From the NCBI GenBank assembly GCA_044229845.1, contig JBGASG010000012.1, positions 11,648 through 75,647 of the forward strand: a DNA stretch of 64,000 bases. Direction: 5' to 3'. This DNA comes from Candidatus Obscuribacteraceae bacterium (GTDB lineage Bacteria; Cyanobacteriota; Vampirovibrionia; Obscuribacterales; Obscuribacteraceae). Below the pieces are notes generated by a model. That model saw nothing but the letters and a program-made list of their open reading frames with translations, was not told the DNA's origin and searched no databases. Positions 53,285 through 60,622 of this stretch are shown one piece after another (positions within the stretch are counted from its first letter, which is position 1; the number at the start of each line of letters is the position of its first letter). The translations under genes were made by a program, and so were the position numbers.

Positions 53285-54133
53285 GTGAACCCGCATATGA
53301 CAGAAGTCGAAACGAAACGCGTCATAGGCGGGCTGCCGGCTCTCACCAACGAGCTGATTCGCCGATTTGAGGTGATTGACGCCTTGCACGCGCAGCAGCG
53401 AATGGAAGGCATACGCGCTCAAAAGAACAATCCGTTCGGCATCGAGATCGGGAAATTCGGGCGAGCAATTGCATTAAAAGCCTCCGAGTTGCCCAGTCAC
53501 TTCTTCAACCACGTGGTCGGACTGGGCGTTCCAGAACAAGACTTGATCGGCGATCTTTTGCAGTTTTACGGCACAACGCCATTTGCCATCGAGCTTCTTC
53601 CCAACGATATCAATGAAAGTCTGGCGGACAAGCTGACTGCGCATGGATTTCGCCACACGCAGTTTCACGCGGGATTGTTCGGCAGCGCCGAGAGTGACGA
53701 CATCGATGACTTTGTCGAGATAGAAAAAGTTGAAAACCCAGAGCAATTCAGCGATTTCCTTGATACCAACTTTCACGGGTACGAGATTCCCGTTTCGATC
53801 AAAGAGCAGGCGCTGAGCAACATGCAGCACTGGATAGAGATTCCAAACTGGCACCTCTATCTCGCTCGGGTCGAAGACGAGCCAGCCGCCTCCGCCATAT
53901 TGCAAGTCGGCGGCGATCTCGGATACCTGGCTTCGGCAGCCACTTTGCCTGGGTTCCGCAAACGTGGATTGCAGACAGCATTGATCAGGCGGCGGATCGC
54001 CGAAGCTGAGAAACTTGGTTGCCGACTAGTTTGCAGCCAGGCCCAATTCGGGTCGTCCAGCTTCCACAATTTGGAAACAGCCGGTCTGCGCCTGGCTTAC
54101 CTGAAGGCTATCTGGACCCGGCAGTCTGTATGA
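53285..54133 (+). CDS. GNAT family N-acetyltransferase
   Basis: Start is GTG 53285 or ATG 53297. The C-terminal half has the acetyl-CoA motif LASAATLPGFRKRGLQTALIRRRIAEAEKLGC (Q/RxxGxG/A type). The N-terminal half looks like a degenerate second GNAT-like lobe. Confidence 0.75.
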   Translation: MNPHMTEVETKRVIGGLPALTNELIRRFEVIDALHAQQRMEGIRAQKNNPFGIEIGKFGRAIALKASELPSHFFNHVVGLGVPEQDLIGDLLQFYGTTPFAIELLPNDINESLADKLTAHGFRHTQFHAGLFGSAESDDIDDFVEIEKVENPEQFSDFLDTNFHGYEIPVSIKEQALSNMQHWIEIPNWHLYLARVEDEPAASAILQVGGDLGYLASAATLPGFRKRGLQTALIRRRIAEAEKLGCRLVCSQAQFGSSSFHNLETAGLRLAYLKAIWTRQSV

Positions 54134-54182
54134 TCCACGTGTGTTGGTGCTGGGGTGGTGTCATGCACGCAGCCTATGATAC

Positions 54183-54290
54183 ATAATGCAATCTTATCGG
54201 TCTGAACGCGCGTAGCGCGCGTTAATCCGCGACAAGCGGATTATGCCCAGGCGACCTCGCCTGGGTTCACCTAATGCAATGCTATCGGTC
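54183..54290. repeat. three consecutive perfect hairpins bounded by 20-nt imperfect direct repeats (REP/MITE-like cassette)
   Basis: DR1 is ATAATGCAATCTTATCGGTC (54183..54202) and DR2 is CTAATGCAATGCTATCGGTC (54271..54290), 17/20 identical. The hairpins are AACGCGCG-TAG-CGCGCGTT (54205..54223), TAATCCGC-GACAA-GCGGATTA (54223..54243) and CCCAGGCGA-CC-TCGCCTGGG (54246..54265). Confidence 0.85.
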
Positions 54291-54875
54291 ATCCGAATGG
54301 GATTTAGCCGATCCACTCTCCAGTGGATGTGCCTTTCTGAAATCATTAACAAGCCTAGAACCAGCAGGCAGAATTTCTGTGTCTAGTCTTCCCATCTGCT
54401 TCCACCCCAAGAGCGTACTTAGCTCGCCTCTGTTTGACATGGCTTCATTCGCCACGTAATCCCAATTCGCTTTCATCTTGTCTTCGGACACATTAGCAAA
54501 TTCGTTTCGGCTATCTACGAATGTAGTGTAATCATGGACGCTTGATTTGTATCGAAGGTAGGTTTTCTTAACGACTAATAAATCAGGTCGCGGGCATGGT
54601 GGGATCAGTTGATCTTTCTTTCTGTGTGCATTAGTTACCTTGAGTGCGTTGTCGATTTCAGCTGTTCGTTGTTTCACAAAGTTGTTCAAAAATTCCAGTT
54701 CGTCTTGGGACAATTGCTTATCAACATCTTCGGGTGACAGCCTTTTTTGGGGACGTATGGATTGTCTCAACTTGGAGTCACGCTGATCGAGCGGAAGAGT
54801 TTGCGCCCCGGACTGCTGCATCAGGAGCCCGGCAACGGCTACGACCACGCCAACCTGGAAATAGTCAAATTTCAT
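54282..54875 (-). CDS. secreted hypothetical protein (lower-GC gene)
   Basis: 197 aa with signal-like MKFDYFQVGVVVAVAGLLMQQSGAQT. The mature part is charged and Lys-rich. No family recognised. Confidence 0.6.
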   Translation of the reverse strand: MKFDYFQVGVVVAVAGLLMQQSGAQTLPLDQRDSKLRQSIRPQKRLSPEDVDKQLSQDELEFLNNFVKQRTAEIDNALKVTNAHRKKDQLIPPCPRPDLLVVKKTYLRYKSSVHDYTTFVDSRNEFANVSEDKMKANWDYVANEAMSNRGELSTLLGWKQMGRLDTEILPAGSRLVNDFRKAHPLESGSAKSHSDDR

Positions 54876-55015
54876 AAGAAGGAACCCTACAACCTGCTAG
54901 GAATATGCTACCAAGCCCCGGGTTGAACTGGACTGGTATTTTCCCCGGATTCTGCTGGATGCGCACTGGCAAATGAGGCGTAGCACAATACTATTTGGGA
55001 ACTCTTCTTTTAGGT

Positions 55016-55054
55016 AAAACACTGCGGAAAAGAACCAATATAGGCAGTGTTTTT
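55016..55054 (-). terminator. hairpin terminator downstream of the response-regulator gene
   Basis: AAAACACTGC...GCAGTGTTTT forms a 10-bp perfect stem with an 18-nt loop and T/A runs on both sides. It lies 37 nt past the stop at 55091. Confidence 0.55.
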
Positions 55055-55090
55055 AGTGTCAAATGAACCAATCCCTCTCACGGGGCGCAG

Positions 55091-57202
55091 TCAGCGGCGT
55101 TCCAGCCGGCTTTGCGCCGCGTGCGTCAGAGCTTCCAGTGAGAAACCATCGGCAGGATACTTGCCCACCGCTGTGCGCACAGTCACCGAAAAGCGCATGC
55201 CGTTCTCGGCGGTGAATTGCACTTGCTCGACCTCGCGCGCCCAACGGCTGATGGCACGCTCGACGGCGCGGCCGTCTTCGTTCACGATCGCAAGACAGAA
55301 TCCGCCCGGCCAGACGCCGCGCAATGACTCCGAGGGAAATCGAGAATGCAGCAATTTCCCCACGGTGGAAAAGACATTGATCTTCGAAAACATGCCGTAG
55401 TCTACGCCCGGTGCTTGATCGACTTGCACCAGCCCTAGTGTCATCTCCTGGCTGGAGCGGCCGCAATTGATCAGCAAGTCGGACACCTTGGCCATGAAAG
55501 CCCGCTCCCGTAAAAGCCCAGTCAGCTCATCGTCGGCTCCTTGAGCCTTGTCTTGTTGCGCACGCTTGATCTGCATGTTGACGCGACCGACAAGTTCTTC
55601 CGGAATAATCGGCTTGGATAGAAAGTCATTGGCTCCGGCCTGAAAAGCCGCCGCGCGCCCCTGGGCATCAGCCTTGGAAGTGAGGAAGATGATCGGCAGT
55701 TGAGACCATTTTTCCGTCGCGCGCACGATGCGGCAGATATCATATCCGCTCAATCCCGGCATGATCACATCGAGCAAGAGCACGTCTGGCTGCACCTTCT
55801 CGAGGGTGTCGAGGATGTTGATCGGTTCGTGCAAGACAGAAACATTGATCGATTGAGAGGTGAGAATTCTCTCCATCAACTTGGTCAGAACCTTGTCGTC
55901 ATCGACCGCAAGTACAGTCGGCGGCTTGACCGGAGCCAGCGAAGCCAGCTTGGTGAGGCAGGCTTCGAACTGACGCGGATCGCATGGTGCCGGCATAGCG
56001 ACTGAGGCGCCGGCGAAAATGCGATCGACATCGTCGAGCCGATAGCCTCGCGAGTGCAGAAACGCCAGCGGCAAAGTGGCATTCAATCCCGATACTCGCA
56101 GCTCTTTCGCCAGGCTGATCGCCACGTCCACACCGATTGCAGTGGTATCAATAATGGCGGCATCAAATCGGCTGGAGGCACCTTCTACGGCAGCCTGCAC
56201 CGCGTTATCCGTGAAAATTACTTTGGCGTCAACGCCCGGCGTGTAGGGCTCCGGTGACACTTGCAACGTTTGCTGGCTGCCGACCAGAAGAACTCGTCCG
56301 GCCTGCAATCTTTTCTCCGCTGCCGGCGGCTCCTGCGCTTCCATAACTGCGCGCAGCTCAGCCTCGCCGTCGGCAAGTGACCTGAAAATTTCCAACCACA
56401 AAATGTTCTGAGCCAGCGGGTCGTTGGGATCGAGAAGCTTCACGTAACCCTCGATTTTGGCTGCCGCATTGCTGAATGCAGTTAGACCCAGCGATGCCGC
56501 AGCACCGCGCAATGCATGCGAAATAAACAATGCTTGATCGCGCGCCTCGCGGCTTGCACCACCGGAATTTTGCAGAGAGCGCAATTCCCGAGCCAGATTT
56601 TGCCAGTGCGAAGGCAGGTTGGCCGCCAGTTCCCGCTGGGCATCGCGCACCGAATTTTCGGCGAACTGCTGCTGACTGATCTCTTGCTGATGTTGCTCGT
56701 AATGCGGATCGGAGAAGCTCTCTTCCGAACGCACCCGCTCGGCACGAAAGCTCGGCATATTGGCGACGGCAGATTGCGCTCGCGGCCGCTCCATCGACAT
56801 TGGTTGATAACGAGACATGCGATCGCCGACTTGTCGTGCCGGTAACAGTGAACCAATTTGATCCAGAAACAGATTGGGATCGACGGGCTTCTGCAAAATC
56901 AGCGAGACGTTGAGGATATTGCGCAGATACTTGAAAGTCTCCGGGTCGCAAGCCTGGGCGCTGATAAAGACGACCGGTGTATTGTTTCCCATTTCACGCA
57001 AACGTTGAATGAAAGAGATACCGTTCGCATCCGGCAACTTGAAATCGACTACTGCCAGAGCCAGTTCTCTCTGACCGGCAGTGCGAAGTCCCTCGGAGGC
57101 AGTACGCGCTTCCTCGACACCAAACCCGGTGCAGGACAGTATGCGCTGCATCAACTGAATGAAGTTGTCGTCGTCATCTAGAACTAGGATCGATTTGGAC
57201 AC
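55091..57202 (-). CDS. multidomain response regulator: REC - HPt - REC-like - REC - degenerate GGDEF
   Basis: REC1 is ILVLDDDDNF...AVVDFKLPDANG. The HPt region is FISHALRGAAASLGL. A third receiver reads VLAVDDDKVL...LLLDVIMPGLSGYDI...FLTSKAD...DFLSKP. The GGDEF domain starts DELTGLLRERAF, but the signature reads RGVWPGGFCLAIV. Confidence 0.85.
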   Translation of the reverse strand: MSKSILVLDDDDNFIQLMQRILSCTGFGVEEARTASEGLRTAGQRELALAVVDFKLPDANGISFIQRLREMGNNTPVVFISAQACDPETFKYLRNILNVSLILQKPVDPNLFLDQIGSLLPARQVGDRMSRYQPMSMERPRAQSAVANMPSFRAERVRSEESFSDPHYEQHQQEISQQQFAENSVRDAQRELAANLPSHWQNLARELRSLQNSGGASREARDQALFISHALRGAAASLGLTAFSNAAAKIEGYVKLLDPNDPLAQNILWLEIFRSLADGEAELRAVMEAQEPPAAEKRLQAGRVLLVGSQQTLQVSPEPYTPGVDAKVIFTDNAVQAAVEGASSRFDAAIIDTTAIGVDVAISLAKELRVSGLNATLPLAFLHSRGYRLDDVDRIFAGASVAMPAPCDPRQFEACLTKLASLAPVKPPTVLAVDDDKVLTKLMERILTSQSINVSVLHEPINILDTLEKVQPDVLLLDVIMPGLSGYDICRIVRATEKWSQLPIIFLTSKADAQGRAAAFQAGANDFLSKPIIPEELVGRVNMQIKRAQQDKAQGADDELTGLLRERAFMAKVSDLLINCGRSSQEMTLGLVQVDQAPGVDYGMFSKINVFSTVGKLLHSRFPSESLRGVWPGGFCLAIVNEDGRAVERAISRWAREVEQVQFTAENGMRFSVTVRTAVGKYPADGFSLEALTHAAQSRLERR

Positions 57203-57442
57203 GAGTGACTGAAAAAGTTGACAATTAACGGCAATTTCCTAATGCCACTTTAGGCGTGGAACGCTTATTTGGCAAGGGTTCCAGGAGTTGTCAGTTGCAT
57301 TTTCTTTTCGCTCGTTGTACTATTCGCTATCGTATTTCAAATCAAAAGCAAAGACAAGAGGGATCGGAGTCGCCACGGGCGGTGCTTGATGCCACCATCG
57401 GTGAGTTCTCTGATCTCTCTTGCCTGCTTTCGGTGTGCTTCT

Positions 57443-58312
57443 TCAGCGCACCTTCGACTTCCGCTTCGTCGACTTCGGCTTCACGCCTCGATCTCGAACG
57501 CCGTACTCCACTGGCGCCAGTCGCGCTTCGTGGCGTGCCACCAGACGCATCTGGCGCAAGCGCTCGTTCATCGTGGCGATCATCGTCTGGTCGTACGCCC
57601 TGTCGTATCCGCTGCCGGCAGCCATCAGGCGCCGTTCGGACAGCTGCGTCCGCAGCGCGTGATACGCCTCTTCCACGGACATCGCCGAATCGAGCCAGAT
57701 CTCACCTTCCGGGACGAAAGGCAGATCGTAGTCGTGCGTGCCGAAGCAGAAGTCGGGATAGAGATCCCGCCTCACCTTCGGACCGTCGACGATCCAGACG
57801 TCCAGACCTTGCCGGCGCCCGAAATATTGGCGGTAGACACCGACCAGGCTGACGGGCTCGACACGATGCTTGCGCCGCGTGCCGGCTCTGATCACGGTCT
57901 CGTGCTTGCGCAATTGCGCTTCGCGCTTCTCAGCGCGGCGCCGGTCGCGCTCTCGCAAGAGCTTTTCGAGCTTCAGACCTTCCCCGTGCGCCCGGTCGTA
58001 AGACCAGCCGCGTTCGCGCATGAGCTTGCGCTCGATCAGCTCATGCTCCAGGGTGTAGAGGTATTCTTCGATACCCAGACGGTTGTCGATCCAGATATCG
58101 TCCGGCGGGTTGTAGCGGTACCGCTGGTCGTTGCCACCCATGATGAAATCAGGGAACAACGTACGGGCCACCTTCTCGCCGTCGACAATCCAGATTTTCT
58201 GGCCTTGCCGCGTGCCGGTTTGCATGCGGTAGATGCCGGTTAGTTTGACCCGACCATGCCGCTTGTAAACCAAGCCGCACTGCGGGTGCTCTTTGCAGGA
58301 GTTGTTCTGCAT
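57443..58312 (-). CDS. hypothetical basic protein made of two tandem ~130-aa homologous domains
   Basis: Repeat 1 reads GIYRMQTGTRQGQKIWIVDGEKVARTLFPDFIMGGND...DDIWIDNRLGIEEYLYTLEHELIERKLMRERGWSYDRAH. Repeat 2 reads GVYRQYFGRRQGLDVWIVDGPKVRRDLYPDFCFGTHD...GEIWLDSAMSVEEAYHALRTQLSERRLMAAGSGYDRAY. GC-rich. Confidence 0.65.
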   Translation of the reverse strand: MQNNSCKEHPQCGLVYKRHGRVKLTGIYRMQTGTRQGQKIWIVDGEKVARTLFPDFIMGGNDQRYRYNPPDDIWIDNRLGIEEYLYTLEHELIERKLMRERGWSYDRAHGEGLKLEKLLRERDRRRAEKREAQLRKHETVIRAGTRRKHRVEPVSLVGVYRQYFGRRQGLDVWIVDGPKVRRDLYPDFCFGTHDYDLPFVPEGEIWLDSAMSVEEAYHALRTQLSERRLMAAGSGYDRAYDQTMIATMNERLRQMRLVARHEARLAPVEYGVRDRGVKPKSTKRKSKVR

Positions 58313-58412
58313 GTTCTTATCCTCAGCCTTCAGGTGAGGCCACTCCGGCGCAGTTTCTCAATCGAGACCGCACCGCCGAGAAGGCTTTACCGAAAGGCTT
58401 ACGAAGCTTGGT

Positions 58413-59738
58413 TTAGTTCTTGATTCGACCGTAAGTGCGCATCAGCTCGACGACACGATCGAGCGGCATCGCAGTCGACGTGTTTCCATCACGTCCAACC
58501 ACAGTGTCAGCCATGCAGAGCGCATTGATGATGGCTTCCTCGGTGGCATCAGCCGTCGCCGCGTAGAGCGGATCGATGGCGTTGTCACTGAGTTCGGGCA
58601 ACGACAGGACGGTGTCTTCGGAGGCGCGAGGAATCTTGCGCCCGGTGGAGAAACCGACAATGAAGTCGCCGCTGGAAGTGTTGGCTACCGACCCGGTGCG
58701 GGCCAGCCCCATGGCAGCGCGCTTGCACAGGCGTTCCACCTGGCGCGCGTTCAGCGGAGCATCGGTTGCCACCACGATCACAATCGAGCCTTCGCGATGA
58801 ACCGTAGCCATGTCTTGCTCGAGATGGACGCCGACGGGAACGCCGTCGATGCGCATCTGGTCGCGGTCGCCATGGTTGCAGTTGACCAGAACGCCGACGG
58901 TGTAGCCACCGTCGTCTTCGGAAAGCACGCGCGAAGACGTGCCGATGCCGCCCTTCCAGTCGTAGCAGGACATGCCTGTCCCGGCCCCGACCGCGCCTTC
59001 GGCGACGGCACCGCTGGCGGCACCATCGAGAGCAGCGAAGACGTGCTCTTGTTTGACGTGGAAGCCCTGTGCATCGTTGAGCGCGCTGTCATCGCACTCG
59101 CCGACCACCGGCACGTAAGTCTCGTCGTCGACGCCGATGTCCGGATACTTGCTGATCATCCAGCGCACCATGGCTGATGCCACGTCGCCGACCTGATGGG
59201 TGTTGGTGAGCGCGATCGGGCCTTCGATTCCTCCCGATTCACGAATCCAGTCGAGACCCAGCATGCCGCCGTTGCCGTTGACGACGAACGATGCCGCCGT
59301 CACCTTGTCGCGCCAGATATCTCCGGAGTGCGGCATGATGACTGTGACACCGGTGCGGGCAGGACCTTCACCGCGAACGAGGTCGCCCTCGCCGTGGAAA
59401 ACAGTCGTGTGCCCGACCTTGACGCCCGGGACGTCGGTGATGGCGTTGAATTTGCCGGGAGCCAGCGAGCCGATCTCAACGCCGAGGTCGCGTAAGCGCC
59501 GGCGGGTCGATTTGTCGGTCTCAACTGGCTGGTCTGCGTCAGCGCCTTGCGCATCGGCAGAAGTGAGAGTCATGGCGCGAACATCTCCGGCGAAACACCG
59601 GTTGATTTTAGCGCCACGGGTTTGTTTCCGGCTCGTCCACCAGGCCCAGATCAGGAACCCGATGTTGAAGGCGAGCGAGAGAAACAGGAGAATCGCAATG
59701 CCCAGAAGGCCGTTGCTGTGGCTGTGCATCTCAGTCAC
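58413..59738 (-). CDS. DmpA/S58 family aminopeptidase (L-aminopeptidase/D-esterase-like) with N-terminal TM anchor
   Basis: TM helix LLGIAILLFLSLAFNIGFLIWAWW. GKFNAITDVPGVKVGHTTV, GVTVIMP, VNGNGGMLG, GAGTGMSCYDWKGGIGTSS and VVATDAPL match the S58 pattern. Confidence 0.8.
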   Translation of the reverse strand: MTEMHSHSNGLLGIAILLFLSLAFNIGFLIWAWWTSRKQTRGAKINRCFAGDVRAMTLTSADAQGADADQPVETDKSTRRRLRDLGVEIGSLAPGKFNAITDVPGVKVGHTTVFHGEGDLVRGEGPARTGVTVIMPHSGDIWRDKVTAASFVVNGNGGMLGLDWIRESGGIEGPIALTNTHQVGDVASAMVRWMISKYPDIGVDDETYVPVVGECDDSALNDAQGFHVKQEHVFAALDGAASGAVAEGAVGAGTGMSCYDWKGGIGTSSRVLSEDDGGYTVGVLVNCNHGDRDQMRIDGVPVGVHLEQDMATVHREGSIVIVVATDAPLNARQVERLCKRAAMGLARTGSVANTSSGDFIVGFSTGRKIPRASEDTVLSLPELSDNAIDPLYAATADATEEAIINALCMADTVVGRDGNTSTAMPLDRVVELMRTYGRIKN

Positions 59739-60093
59739 TCCGTGTTATCGCAAGCCGCGCCATCGTGCAATGGGGGCTGTGCGTTGGTTAAAGGGGGTCA
59801 TCCACCCGAACGGCATAAGCAGCCGTCAGTAAATCCCGAGAATTCGTGGCGAGTTGGCTTTTGAGAAAGCTCTGGTTTTTGTGTTGGGTGGGTGTAGAGA
59901 AAAAGTACCTGCACCCTAAAACAATCAGGATCTGGAACTCAAGAGAAAATCGGTCAAAAAGAGGCCACTAACAGAGCGAGGCCAATTACGAACACCGTCC
60001 CTGCCAGCCGGTTTCCAAGAGACCAATCGAGAAATTCAAGCGCCTGAGAAATTGGTAACCCCGGCAGCGCATGGCGCACCGCCGGTGGTTGCA

Positions 60094-60411
60094 TCAGGGT
60101 TTCTTTTCCGATCCGCCGGCTGCGCCGGTTTCTTTCCCGGCATTGACTGCCGGCTTGCCTTCGTAACCGCCGACCATGAAGTTGAGAAAAGCACCGCCGG
60201 TGACTGCACGCGGGGATGTTCCGCCCTTCGGCTTGGCGGTTGCCTTACCAGCCTCCTGCTCTTTGATTGTCGCGTGCCAGACCGGTTTTGACGACTTGGT
60301 CTTGGCGCCCTTTACGGCCGACTGTTGGGACAGGGCCGGCTCAACACCCCAAGCAAAACCTGTGAGCGCCAGCGTGCAACTTGTAGCAGCAATCAGCAGT
60401 TTTCGTCTCAT
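60094..60411 (-). CDS. small secreted Lys/Gly/Ala-rich protein
   Basis: 105 aa with signal peptide MRRKLLIAATSCTLALTGFAWG. The mature part is low-complexity and basic. Confidence 0.55.
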   Translation of the reverse strand: MRRKLLIAATSCTLALTGFAWGVEPALSQQSAVKGAKTKSSKPVWHATIKEQEAGKATAKPKGGTSPRAVTGGAFLNFMVGGYEGKPAVNAGKETGAAGGSEKKP

Positions 60412-60622
60412 CTCGATCCTGGTTCGTGCAGGGATGCATCCACCTCAAGTTACCACAACGGCAGCCGATGCTCGCTAGGAAAAACCCGGACTGTTCCACC
60501 CGAGCAATCAGTGCCCCATGCCACTACCAGCGGTGCCAGCCCTGCAAGCGGCCAGACCTCCTCCGAAACCAAATACGGTGTCGCTCAACACAAAAATTTG
60601 CGCAGCCTGAACCCGGGCATAC

